A DNA stretch of 64,000 bases from a candidate division WWE3 bacterium RIFCSPHIGHO2_01_FULL_40_23. GTDB taxonomy: Bacteria; Patescibacteriota; WWE3; UBA101185; 2-01-FULL-41-18. The notes beneath the pieces were generated by a model. That model searched no databases. It had not been told where the DNA came from and saw only the letters and a program-made list of their open reading frames with translations. Location of the stretch: positions 12,450 to 76,449 of the forward strand of contig MEUZ01000003.1 in assembly GCA_001772615.1 (NCBI GenBank), read 5' to 3'. Made by a program: the position numbers and the translations under genes. Numbering within the stretch: position 1 is the stretch's first letter; each line of letters opens with the position of its first letter. Of the stretch, positions 9,981 through 19,230 are shown piece by piece.

Positions 9981-11095
9981 CTGCCTAAAACCTCTTCAAA
10001 TAATGTTTCAAGTTTATTTATCTCCATCTGAATCAGATTTTCCTTCATTACCATATCATATCCGGCAAGAGAAACTTTCTCCCTTAACCTTTTACTTCTT
10101 ATAACTTCTTTTAAAACTTTTGTTAGTTCCTTACTACTCTCGCTATCAATTGAAATTCCTGTTTTTTTACCAAATATTATTTCGGAAGTACCTCCCAAAT
10201 CCGTAGCAACAACAGGAAGCCTCGTCATTAAAGCTTCAATAATACTTGTGGCATAAGGTTCTGGTTCTCTTGCAGGATGAACAAAAAGATCCAGACACTT
10301 TAAAATCAAAGCTACATCTTTCCTATACCCCAGAAAAATAATTCTACCTTTTTCACTATATTTCAGAATGTTAGCTATCTCTTTTAAGAACTCTTCCTCC
10401 TTATCGTCAAACACTCCCGCAATAAGACACACAATATTTCGTTTTTTCAGATCTAAAATTGATTTTACCAGTATGTCTATTCCTTTCCATCTGGCCAGTC
10501 TTCCAATAAAACCTATCACAAACTTTCCCTTTAAACCGTAGTCGTTTTTAAACCTTTGAATATCGCGACTAGAAACCTTTCTTAACCTTAAATACATGTC
10601 ACTTGATACATGAACTACTATATTCTTATCCCCTTTTACTCCATAAAAGTTTATTAAGCTTTCAGAAACGTAAATAATTTTTGATGGAACCCATTTAAGC
10701 AAGCTAAATAAAATCCTTGAGTAACAGTAGTCTCTCACGCACCAAATTACCTTTCTTCCGGTTAAAAAAGAGGCTATCGTTCCAGGATACATTCCCCTTT
10801 CAGTATTTGTGACAACCAAGCTTATCTTTTCTTTATAAATAATTATTAATATCTGTAACACAAGTTTAAAAAGATCAATTATCACAAAGGGAGAAAACCT
10901 TTTTAATTTTGGGAAATCCAAAATATACAAAGAATCAGAATATTTTTTATAATCTTTAAGGAGTTCTACCCTACTCCCTGAAGTAATTAATACTTTCTTA
11001 TATTTATTTTTATTAAGATACTTCAAATAATTCATTAATACGAGCTGTGCACCGCCAACCACACTTGCGTGATCAATAAATAAAATGTTTGTCAT
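9977..11095 (-). CDS. Glycosyltransferase family 4 (GT-B fold)
   Basis: C-terminal GT4 signature EPEPYATSIIEALMTRLPVVATDLGGTSEII (E-x7-E region). Confidence 0.8.
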   Translation of the reverse strand: MTNILFIDHASVVGGAQLVLMNYLKYLNKNKYKKVLITSGSRVELLKDYKKYSDSLYILDFPKLKRFSPFVIIDLFKLVLQILIIIYKEKISLVVTNTERGMYPGTIASFLTGRKVIWCVRDYCYSRILFSLLKWVPSKIIYVSESLINFYGVKGDKNIVVHVSSDMYLRLRKVSSRDIQRFKNDYGLKGKFVIGFIGRLARWKGIDILVKSILDLKKRNIVCLIAGVFDDKEEEFLKEIANILKYSEKGRIIFLGYRKDVALILKCLDLFVHPAREPEPYATSIIEALMTRLPVVATDLGGTSEIIFGKKTGISIDSESSKELTKVLKEVIRSKRLREKVSLAGYDMVMKENLIQMEINKLETLFEEVLGR

Positions 11096-11970
11096 ACTTT
11101 TAGCCTCTCAATATCTTCATAAAATTTCAGTTTTCCAACATTTCTAAAGATAAAAGCTAAGGTCTCACAATAAACCATGTCTATCCTAAACCTTGCCGAT
11201 ACCAAAGAATAAAAAAGGTGCAAAGGAGATAAAAAAAGCCTTACTGTAATTTCCCGTTTACTTTGCATTCTTCCTTTAAGCTTTGAGTATAAAAGAACAC
11301 CGCATCCCCTATGCATTGACTGCCTGAAAAAAGATTTAAAAGTAAGTTTGTTATCGTGAAGAATTGGAACAGGAACGTATAAAAATCTTTTTCTTCTTTT
11401 TAACCCTTTTTCTTTAAGTAGAGCATCCTCTCCTGAACAATAATAAGGTATCCTCTCATTAAATCCTCCAAGCTCCCAAAAAGCATCCTTTCTGTATGCT
11501 ATGTTACCAAGAGCAAAAGGAAGTTCGTTTCTTTCCTTACTTATATATTCTTTCTCCTCTCTTACATAACGTTTATAAACATAGCTTTCATACCTACAGT
11601 AGATTGACTTCCCTAAGTTTACATAGCTCCCCCCTGCCGAGAAGAGATCCGGATATCGTCTAAAAACATCAGAAAAGGATAAAAGCCAGTTTTTTGGCAC
11701 TAAACAATCAGAATCTGTAAAAGCAAGGTATTTCCCCCTCGCTTTGGAAGCCCCGAAGTTTCTTGCTACTGAAGGACCTGATCTTTCTTTTAATCTTAAA
11801 ATAGTCACATCCTCTTTTAAAAGAAGTTTATGAGTCCCGTCGGTAGAGGCGTCATCAACAACAATGATCTCAAATTTGTCAGATGGAAAATCCTGATTGT
11901 AAATTGACTTAAGGCATTTAAGAATCTCCCGCTTCCTGTTGTAAGTAGGGATGATTACGGAAAAGAGCAT
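11092..11970 (-). CDS. Glycosyltransferase family 2 (GT-A fold)
   Basis: N-terminus FSVIIPTYNRKREILKCLKSIYNQ...EIIVVDDASTDGT is a classic GT2 start with the DxD region. Confidence 0.8.
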   Translation of the reverse strand: MLFSVIIPTYNRKREILKCLKSIYNQDFPSDKFEIIVVDDASTDGTHKLLLKEDVTILRLKERSGPSVARNFGASKARGKYLAFTDSDCLVPKNWLLSFSDVFRRYPDLFSAGGSYVNLGKSIYCRYESYVYKRYVREEKEYISKERNELPFALGNIAYRKDAFWELGGFNERIPYYCSGEDALLKEKGLKRRKRFLYVPVPILHDNKLTFKSFFRQSMHRGCGVLLYSKLKGRMQSKREITVRLFLSPLHLFYSLVSARFRIDMVYCETLAFIFRNVGKLKFYEDIERLKV

Positions 11971-13229
11971 TACAATTTAATCCAGAGCCTTCGAGCAGTT
12001 AAAGCTAGTAGAAATAAAATAAGTAATTCGCTTATCCATGTTATATGAACTGATGCGTAAAATGAATATTTAGGTATTAACAAAACATTTAAAAGTAGAT
12101 TGGCTATAGACGCACTCAAATAAATAAAGGGAAGGTAATTTTGACCTTTTAATGTAACAATAAGCCATGATAGGGGCTGCGTAAGATAAAAAATAAAGAT
12201 AGTGCCAAGTAGCACTTTTAGAATAAAAACTGATTGATAAAAACCTTTTCCTCCAAGCGCGAAAATAACAAATTCCGATAAGAAAAACCCGAAAAGAGCG
12301 CATAATATTCCAGAAAGGAAAAGTATTAACGTTGACTTTGAAAATGTTGAAAAAAGTCTTTCTTTGCTGATGCTAAAGTTTTTGACCATTATTGGGTAAA
12401 CGGAATTCATAAAAAAAGTGGGTACAATAAGCGACACTTCAAACACCTTGTAAGGAAGGCCGTATATTCCAACAGTTTGAATGTTGTTTAAGTTTAATGA
12501 AGCGGGTAGTTTTAAAAAAGATAGCAACACCGAATCTGCTTTAAAATTTATTTGGCTAAAAATAAACATAAGTCCCAGAGGAATTGAGCTGACAAAGAGT
12601 CTTTTTGAAAGATTTGAATCAAATTTAAAAATGGGCGTTATTCCGACTTTCTTTAAGAACATAAAACTTAATAAGGCTTTAATGAATTCGGAAAATATAA
12701 AGCTGGCTACAATCAGGAAAATACTGCCTTTAGAAAAGATGATTACGGACGATAACAGCAAAGACATCAGACTGCCGACTGAATTTGCGTATGTTGTGAG
12801 ATCGTATCTTAGCCTCACTTGAAAACCGACATTTGAGGAAGAGTTAAAGGAGGTCGTAAGGATAAGTAAAAGACTTATTAATACACCAGCTTTAATTTTT
12901 GTGTCATAAGGCAAAAAGAGCAGCAATACTGAAGCCAAAAGTATTAAAACCACTGATAATAAAAACCTTAGTATAAAGACATTACCGATATGAAGATTAA
13001 TATCTTTATCATCAAGAGAGAGCTCTCTAGTTGAAATAGCATTAATTCCAAAGTCGCTTATTATATAAAATAAAGCCGGAAATGAGACCATAAGGTTAAA
13101 AGCGCCGTACCCCTCCACACCGTAGACCCTAGTGATAAGCATTGTGAGAATAATGGTCACACCCATGCTCACAAACTTTCCCAGAAATTGAGAGACTGTG
13201 TTGCTTGCGATTTTTTCTGCTGTAGTCAT
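11970..13229 (-). CDS. Polysaccharide biosynthesis protein / oligosaccharide flippase (Wzx-like, MOP superfamily)
   Basis: About 12-14 TM helices and 419 aa, positioned between the GT2 gene and a hydrolase in the same operon. Confidence 0.65.
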   Translation of the reverse strand: MTTAEKIASNTVSQFLGKFVSMGVTIILTMLITRVYGVEGYGAFNLMVSFPALFYIISDFGINAISTRELSLDDKDINLHIGNVFILRFLLSVVLILLASVLLLFLPYDTKIKAGVLISLLLILTTSFNSSSNVGFQVRLRYDLTTYANSVGSLMSLLLSSVIIFSKGSIFLIVASFIFSEFIKALLSFMFLKKVGITPIFKFDSNLSKRLFVSSIPLGLMFIFSQINFKADSVLLSFLKLPASLNLNNIQTVGIYGLPYKVFEVSLIVPTFFMNSVYPIMVKNFSISKERLFSTFSKSTLILFLSGILCALFGFFLSEFVIFALGGKGFYQSVFILKVLLGTIFIFYLTQPLSWLIVTLKGQNYLPFIYLSASIANLLLNVLLIPKYSFYASVHITWISELLILFLLALTARRLWIKL

Positions 13230-13241
13230 ATGAAAATTATA

Positions 13242-14486
13242 TCAGGGGCAGGTGATAACCTCTTTCTCAACATAGGTAAGTACCGGAGGCCTTCCTGAAA
13301 CTTTTTTTAAGCTTTTGATAAGATCAAACTGCGGGTAAACACTTCCATCTTTCTTCACCCATGAAAAGTGATCAAAAGGAGGGTCATAGTAAATGGTAAA
13401 TGGTGTTATAGCTACAACCCTATCATCCTTGAGCCATACTTTTTCAAAAGTCTCCTTAATATATGAGGCTACTGTGTTTGAATCGTAAAAGCCGTAGTTA
13501 TGATTCTTCCCTTCTGCATGAGGCCAGCCTGTTTCAGTAATAAACACAGGAATAGTTTCTATTCCGAAACGATTCTTTAACACATCAAGTTCCCATTCAT
13601 AACCTCTCACACTTTGCCTTCCGTATTCAGACGGTTTTCCAAGATATGCAGGCATTGGGTATGGATGACTTGCCCACCCATCGAGCTTTGAAAAAATACC
13701 AGGTGTACTGTCATTCATTCTTACCAAGTAGAGTTCCTCATCCATATACCCATTGAGATTCGGAGCTGTTGAATTAAAGGCACCGTTTAGCATAAAAAAT
13801 CCCTTGTCATAAGATTTGAACGTTTTTATTGTAAAATCAAGCACTTCCGCATATTCTTTTGGATTAACCTTTCCTTTCCAAAATCTGGAATCGTTTGTTT
13901 CGTTATAAACACTTATGTATTTCTTTTCTATAGGCCAGAGGAGTTTATTTAAAAAGTTTGCGGCCTTTTCCGTATCCTTCTTATAACTTTTTGCCGAAAA
14001 GTCCCATAACTGGATTATAGGAATAAGATGTTTTTTGTTAAGAAGGTCAAATATCTTTCTCCATTTAGATCCATCATAATCTCTTACATTATAAGGAATC
14101 AGTACGTAACCCCAGTCCCCACCATTTGAGTTAATGAGCTCGTCAGCCTTTTTTATGAAGTTTTCAGTGGAATAAACATAAAGACCAAACTTATTATTAA
14201 TATAGCCGATATTTTTTTGTACATCTCCTTCCCCTTTCCTATCCTCATAGTACTTATAAGTCAGGCTATCCTCAAAAAAGCAAGGTTCTACTTTAAACTC
14301 AATATCCGAAGGGTTCTCAAACTTACTCTCAAATAAAGCATCCTCGTTTAGGTTGACTTTTCTTGAGTAGACAAGGAAAGACACCAAAACTATTAAGATA
14401 CAAATTAAAGCTTTTCTTAAAGGTAGTTTCATTGTTAAAATACCTAAGTGAAAAAATTTTTTACTCCAAGGGTAATTATACTTCAT
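13242..14486 (-). CDS. Secreted/membrane-anchored putative glycoside hydrolase (TIM-barrel, clan GH-A-like)
   Basis: The FITETGWP motif resembles the nucleophile region (I/V-T-E-x-G) of GH5/GH39-type hydrolases. An aromatic-rich barrel follows. The real start is probably MKLPLRKALICILIVLV (TM anchor) near 14432, because the called start overlaps the divergent gene at 14448. Confidence 0.45.
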   Translation of the reverse strand: MKYNYPWSKKFFHLGILTMKLPLRKALICILIVLVSFLVYSRKVNLNEDALFESKFENPSDIEFKVEPCFFEDSLTYKYYEDRKGEGDVQKNIGYINNKFGLYVYSTENFIKKADELINSNGGDWGYVLIPYNVRDYDGSKWRKIFDLLNKKHLIPIIQLWDFSAKSYKKDTEKAANFLNKLLWPIEKKYISVYNETNDSRFWKGKVNPKEYAEVLDFTIKTFKSYDKGFFMLNGAFNSTAPNLNGYMDEELYLVRMNDSTPGIFSKLDGWASHPYPMPAYLGKPSEYGRQSVRGYEWELDVLKNRFGIETIPVFITETGWPHAEGKNHNYGFYDSNTVASYIKETFEKVWLKDDRVVAITPFTIYYDPPFDHFSWVKKDGSVYPQFDLIKSLKKVSGRPPVLTYVEKEVITCP

Positions 14487-15671
14487 ATCGCAACAATAAA
14501 CCTTTTACTTTTAGCGTTGGTTTTTATTATATTAAGGAAGACGGATGTAGTGTTCTTCTCCCCCATCGGAGAAACCATACAAGTAATAAACTCACTATTT
14601 AGTAAACCTCCAAAAAGAGTCGTTTATGGATACCTTCCCTACTGGATGTTAAACAATTCCAAATATATTGAATATGACAAACTCACGGACATCGCATACT
14701 TTTCTTTAAAAGTTGACGAAAACGGCAATTTTGTAGAAAAAGATGCGGAAGGAAACGTTGAGGACGGATTTAAAAACTGGAAAGAAAGTGAAAAGTTAAA
14801 AAAAGTCATTGAATATTCAAAATTGTGGAAAATCAGATTTTCCTTAACTATAACAGGAGAGAATGATGAATCCATTGATGCCTTCCTCTCTTGCAGGAAA
14901 TGCTGGGATGCTCTTCTGGCAAATGTTAAGCAGGAGCTAGACGCTAAAAGCATAAAAGATCTAAATATTGATTTTGAGCATGCAGACGAAACAACGGAAG
15001 AGGTATCAGATGCTTACGCTTTGTTTGTAAAATTTATGAATGACAGCCTAGATGAAACGTTCCAAGATTCGCGAGTTGTTGTCGCTTCCTTCGCAGATTC
15101 ATACAAAAGGAAGAGGGTTACTAACCCCACAAAACTTGCAGAAGCTTCGGACGCTTTATTTGTAATGGCTTATGACTTTCATCAGCCAACCTCTGAGAAT
15201 GCAGGTCCTGTCGCTCCAATAAACGGTTCACCTGAAAAATATGATTATGATGTTTCCAACGCCATTAAAGACTACAAAAAATATGTGTCGGAGCACAAGC
15301 TTATACTCGGCGTACCCTATTATGGCTATAACTTCCTGATTGAAAAACCTGAACCAGACTCCAAAAGAGTTATAGGAAACCCTTCAAACGGGTACTCAAT
15401 ATCGCAGTATTACGCAATGATTAAAGACAACAAAAATATCCCCCTTGAAAAAGCCGTATGGGACCCCACGTCTGAAACGCCTTATTTAATATATAACAGT
15501 CAGGAAAACGGCGCGCTAAGAGTTTTGCATTTTGAAAATGAGGAATCTCTTAAGAAGAAGTATGATATTGTTTTGGACGAAAACTTATTGGGAGTGGGTT
15601 TATGGGCTCTTGGGTACGATGGTGATTACGAAGAGTTCTGGGACGCCCTATCTGATAAATTTAAGAACTGA
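14448..15671 (+). CDS. Glycoside hydrolase family 18-like (chitinase-like) secreted protein
   Basis: N-terminal TM/signal. Carries GYLPYW, a DLNIDFEH segment corresponding to the GH18 DGxDxDWE catalytic motif (first Asp replaced by Asn, Glu kept), and C-terminal GVGLWALGYD. Confidence 0.6.
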   Translation: MKKFFTPRVIILHIATINLLLLALVFIILRKTDVVFFSPIGETIQVINSLFSKPPKRVVYGYLPYWMLNNSKYIEYDKLTDIAYFSLKVDENGNFVEKDAEGNVEDGFKNWKESEKLKKVIEYSKLWKIRFSLTITGENDESIDAFLSCRKCWDALLANVKQELDAKSIKDLNIDFEHADETTEEVSDAYALFVKFMNDSLDETFQDSRVVVASFADSYKRKRVTNPTKLAEASDALFVMAYDFHQPTSENAGPVAPINGSPEKYDYDVSNAIKDYKKYVSEHKLILGVPYYGYNFLIEKPEPDSKRVIGNPSNGYSISQYYAMIKDNKNIPLEKAVWDPTSETPYLIYNSQENGALRVLHFENEESLKKKYDIVLDENLLGVGLWALGYDGDYEEFWDALSDKFKN

Positions 15672-16329
15672 ATTCCCCAACAAAGTCGGTTATGCTCTGG
15701 ATTATCTCATTTAAAATATCCTCGCTTTTTCTTATATTCTCGTCATTTGAAGCTAAATTGTGAGCTCCCCCTTTCAATTCAGTAAGTTTAAAATTCAAAT
15801 GGTTTCTTTCAAGAACCGTCCTGACATCGAAAGCCTTTATATATTCGTCATTTTCCCCTTGCAGCACAAGAACTGGAGATTTTAACTCCCTTAATCTTTC
15901 CTCGGTTATGTAATTTGTAATCGCTGGCTCATAAAAGCCTAATATGATGACCGGAGATCTTAGGTTATTTTGTATTAAGTACTCTAGCGACACTACACCA
16001 CCTATAGACTTACCCACAAGAAATACATTTTTAACCGGTGCATTATCAAGAAGCAAAGAATAGGCACTATCAAGATCCATTATGAGATCTTCAAACTTAA
16101 CCTCTCTAAAATCAATTTTTGAAACATAATAAAAGTTATATCTTAAAGCTGTAAATTTGTACTGATGATAAAAATGGTCATGAAGAGTTACTATTATGGG
16201 ATCTTCTTTATTTCCCGATGCATTGTGAGAAAAAAGGACAGCACCTTTTGGTTCCAAAACTTTATCTAATGTCCCCGAAAGTTTAGAACCCCCTAAAGAG
16301 AGTGATTTTATTTCAACATCGTTAAACAT
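15661..16329 (-). CDS. Alpha/beta-hydrolase fold esterase (dienelactone-hydrolase-like)
   Basis: GxSxG nucleophile elbow (VGKSIGGVV), an HDHF-type His region, and a length of about 220 aa. Confidence 0.65.
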   Translation of the reverse strand: MFNDVEIKSLSLGGSKLSGTLDKVLEPKGAVLFSHNASGNKEDPIIVTLHDHFYHQYKFTALRYNFYYVSKIDFREVKFEDLIMDLDSAYSLLLDNAPVKNVFLVGKSIGGVVSLEYLIQNNLRSPVIILGFYEPAITNYITEERLRELKSPVLVLQGENDEYIKAFDVRTVLERNHLNFKLTELKGGAHNLASNDENIRKSEDILNEIIQSITDFVGEFSS

Positions 16330-16376
16330 ACTAACTGGTGGACCATTCTGGACTATGTTGGAATAACTTGTAGTAA

Positions 16377-17228
16377 CTATGAGACTAAATAAATTCCAAC
16401 AACACTTATAACTGCGCCTACTATTTTCAACAAAGCATTATCTTTTTCTTTGAGTAACAAAATTCCCATAAACACAGTCAATATAACTCCCACTAGGTTA
16501 ATAGTTACCACTTTTGAAGGAAACTCTGCAATCTGTAAAGCTGAAAAGAAAGTTATAGCACCAATCCCATAAAATAGTGATGTAATCAACATTGTTTTGA
16601 TTAGACTTTTATTAAAAACTGTATTTAATTTTAAAATTATCTGTGGCTTGATAGCTAGCATTAACAATGATGGAAATAAAAAAGCTATAAACACAAATGG
16701 GTATAAGGGTATAGACTCCAGAATAATTTTGTCATTTATATTTGCTAGACCAAAGCATAACCCTGCTAACAATGCTGGTATATCGCTTTTGGAAACTGAA
16801 AGCGTACCTTTTCTGTAATTCACAATAATTACGCTTAATATTATTAGAATTGTACCTACTAATTCCTTTAACCCATAAGACTGACCCAATATTAAAACAA
16901 ACCCAATAGTTGAAAATAACGCCCTACTAGCAAAAATGACCACAAATTTAGATGCTTCAGTTTGTTTTAGAGACTTGAAAATAAAGATGTTACCTAATCC
17001 ATATAACACAGTCATGAAAATAAGGTTTACCAAAATATTACTCATGTTACTGAATACAAGTTTCCCTGTTGAAAGGGCGAAAGCACCTATCAAACCTGCA
17101 ACAATTAGTTGAAATACAACTGAAAATATAAAGGGGTCACTATCCTTATCCTTTAACATTATCCTTTGTAGGATAGACACAAAAGATGATAAGACAACGC
17201 TAATTAAAATCAATAATAGCCAACTCAT
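16377..17228 (-). CDS. EamA/DMT family transporter
   Basis: Ten predicted TM helices arranged as two 5-TM halves. Confidence 0.7.
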   Translation of the reverse strand: MSWLLLILISVVLSSFVSILQRIMLKDKDSDPFIFSVVFQLIVAGLIGAFALSTGKLVFSNMSNILVNLIFMTVLYGLGNIFIFKSLKQTEASKFVVIFASRALFSTIGFVLILGQSYGLKELVGTILIILSVIIVNYRKGTLSVSKSDIPALLAGLCFGLANINDKIILESIPLYPFVFIAFLFPSLLMLAIKPQIILKLNTVFNKSLIKTMLITSLFYGIGAITFFSALQIAEFPSKVVTINLVGVILTVFMGILLLKEKDNALLKIVGAVISVVGIYLVS

Positions 17229-18097
17229 AATGTTATGTTAGCAGAATTTAATGATTCTTTGTGATAGATTGCACTTTCCAACCTAATATTCAACTGGTGC
17301 TTTTTAACACAGTCTTTAATTATCAGGTCTAATTGGTCGCGATAATCTTTGTTTTTAGAGGAATAAAATTTCTCAAGCACAGCCTTATCTAATCCTACAG
17401 CTTCCTTTTTTAGCCTATTCAGAATATAGGTACTCAAATTAATATGCTCTACATAGATATCATTAGTACCTGTTTCCTTAATCTTTTTAAATAATTCATC
17501 TAATTTTTCAGGGTACGCGACAAAATGTGGAAGTAATGGTCCTACAAACGCATAGGTTTTTAAACCTTCAGAATTTAGTTTCCTTAAAGCTTCAAATCTT
17601 TGGGTAACATTAGGTGCATATTTTTCAAAATATCTTGATATACCATCTTCAAAGCTGGTAATTGTTAACCCAATTTCAATATTTTTAAGCTTTTGAAACA
17701 AATCAATATCTCTCAATACCAAATCTGATTTTGTTAATATACTAACTAATCCTTGATAATCTGCGTCAACTAACACTTCTAAGCATTTTCTTGTAATTTG
17801 ATATTTCGCTTCTACTCCTTGGTAAGGGTCTGTTACCGAGCTAAACAATATTCTTTTACCAATACCTTTATTTTTAAGTTTTAGTACCGCAGTTTTCAGC
17901 AATTCAGCGGCGTTTGTTTTAACATATACAAACTCACCCCAATCATTTATGTCTTTCCCAACATATCTACACATAAAAGACGCATAACAGTAAATACAAC
18001 CAAATCTACAACCTGTATATGGATTTACAACAAAATCCGCATCAGGTAATTTACTTGGAGTTAATATTGACTTCGCAACAACCTCTTTAATTTCCAT
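17225..18097 (-). CDS. Radical SAM protein, SplB-like (spore-photoproduct-lyase / DNA repair photolyase family)
   Basis: VNPYTGCRFGCIYCYA contains the CxxxCxxC Fe-S motif in the N-terminal context typical of COG1533/SplB-like enzymes. Confidence 0.7.
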   Translation of the reverse strand: MEIKEVVAKSILTPSKLPDADFVVNPYTGCRFGCIYCYASFMCRYVGKDINDWGEFVYVKTNAAELLKTAVLKLKNKGIGKRILFSSVTDPYQGVEAKYQITRKCLEVLVDADYQGLVSILTKSDLVLRDIDLFQKLKNIEIGLTITSFEDGISRYFEKYAPNVTQRFEALRKLNSEGLKTYAFVGPLLPHFVAYPEKLDELFKKIKETGTNDIYVEHINLSTYILNRLKKEAVGLDKAVLEKFYSSKNKDYRDQLDLIIKDCVKKHQLNIRLESAIYHKESLNSANITL

Positions 18098-18128
18098 TAC
18101 CAGTGATTATACCGCGTGTTTACCCTAT

Positions 18129-18191
18129 CCCCCAACATTATAAGAGAAACAACACAACGCAGTTGTGTTAAAATCCTCCAAATGTTGGGGA
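18129..18191. repeat. Nested inverted repeat: outer arms CCCCCAACATT / AATGTTGGGGG (18129-18139 and 18181-18191), inner perfect hairpin AACACAAC-GCA-GTTGTGTT (about 18150-18168)
   Basis: Read directly from the sequence. It lies in the 115-bp gap between the radical SAM gene start and the first ORF of the element. Candidate double-strand origin/nick site for the Rep protein, or an operator/att site. Confidence 0.6.
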
Positions 18192-18193
18192 GA

Positions 18194-18223
18194 TTGGATT
18201 TTCGCTAAAGCTTGGGGTACACT
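18194..18223 (+). promoter_or_regulatory. Candidate promoter of the element's first ORF (-35 TTGGAT, 18-nt spacer, -10 TACACT). The transcript would be near-leaderless, starting at ATG 18233.
   Basis: Hexamers at 18194-18199 and 18218-18223. The -35 abuts the right arm of the outer palindrome. Confidence 0.3.
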
Positions 18224-18997
18224 CCTTTTGCTATGGAGTTACGCGATATTAAATACTTAAAATCATTAAATCCAATAGAGTTTTTAGATAAACCAAGTAA
18301 GGAAACTGTTGAGTTTTTGGCTAAGTTTATGCAAGACCCTAACTTTGTTGCAGTAATCAAACAAATGAGAAGTTACTACAACTACCCTGAAACTGGTATT
18401 GATTTAACACCTTTTATTGGTAAAAACTTTTCAGATACTCTGACTGAAGAAAATGTATTACTAAAAGATACGCTATACCTAAATGCTGATAGGTTAAGAG
18501 AGAAGGTTGGATTAAACGCTGATTTTACACAACAGTTATATTTACTGATATATTTCAATTCATTTATTGATGTTGATTATTATGAGGGGTTTATCACAGA
18601 TAAGGTTGATTTTGCAGTAACAAAAAAGCAGATAATACTTAAACTACTGGATTATAAACAAGAGGTAGCAACAATATATATCCCTTACACCATGAGTTTT
18701 AATACTTTCATAAAACAAACAAAAGAAGTGTGGAATACCATGCAGGATGAAATGGATAAAAACTTAACAGATAATCCTTATGAATTAAGGTTACACAAAA
18801 ACACAGAATTAGCAGTTGAAATAACCAGATTAAAAGATACTGAAAACAAAACATTTTCTGAAATATCTGAATTATTATCTTCAAAAACTAAAGAGGTGGA
18901 TGAAAAGCTTAGTAATGAGAAGTATATTAAAAAACTATATTATGATTACAAAATGCTTTGGTTAAAACCACAAAACCCAGAAGTACCAAAAAGTTAA
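18212..18997 (+). CDS. Hypothetical protein (element-encoded), no recognisable domain
   Basis: 261-aa ORF (TTG-called start; an in-frame ATG at 18233 gives MELRDIKYL...). It is Lys/Glu/Tyr-rich and predicted helical. Confidence 0.5.
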   Translation: MGYTPFAMELRDIKYLKSLNPIEFLDKPSKETVEFLAKFMQDPNFVAVIKQMRSYYNYPETGIDLTPFIGKNFSDTLTEENVLLKDTLYLNADRLREKVGLNADFTQQLYLLIYFNSFIDVDYYEGFITDKVDFAVTKKQIILKLLDYKQEVATIYIPYTMSFNTFIKQTKEVWNTMQDEMDKNLTDNPYELRLHKNTELAVEITRLKDTENKTFSEISELLSSKTKEVDEKLSNEKYIKKLYYDYKMLWLKPQNPEVPKS

Positions 18998-19037
18998 TAA
19001 ACTTTTAGGGTCTGACCATTTAGTGATATAGCAATAT

Positions 19038-19057
19038 TCTCCAGTTAATGCTGGAGA
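19038..19057 (+). promoter_or_regulatory. Stem-loop TCTCCAG-TTAATG-CTGGAGA that sequesters the ATG (19048-19050) of the following 60-aa ORF
   Basis: Perfect 7-bp inverted repeat with a 6-nt loop containing the start codon. It sits between the first ORF and the small ORF and is preceded by GCAATATTC. Confidence 0.3.
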
Positions 19058-19230
19058 TTAAATCCCCTACAAAAGAAGAATTAGACCAACTTAAATGCTT
19101 TTTAGAAGCAAAATTTGGTATTTCTTTTTCTGATGATGAGGTTTTAGAAAGTTATTACTCCCTAACCCATTTAGGAAAAGCAATATATCTGTTTTGTAAG
19201 CAACAGGGGGTCAAAAATGAAATCTCCTGA
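19048..19230 (+). CDS. Small hypothetical protein (60 aa), element-encoded
   Basis: ORF with stop/start overlap into the rep gene (ATGA at 19217-19220... the rep start is at 19217). Acidic, helical. Confidence 0.35.
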   Translation: MLEIKSPTKEELDQLKCFLEAKFGISFSDDEVLESYYSLTHLGKAIYLFCKQQGVKNEIS

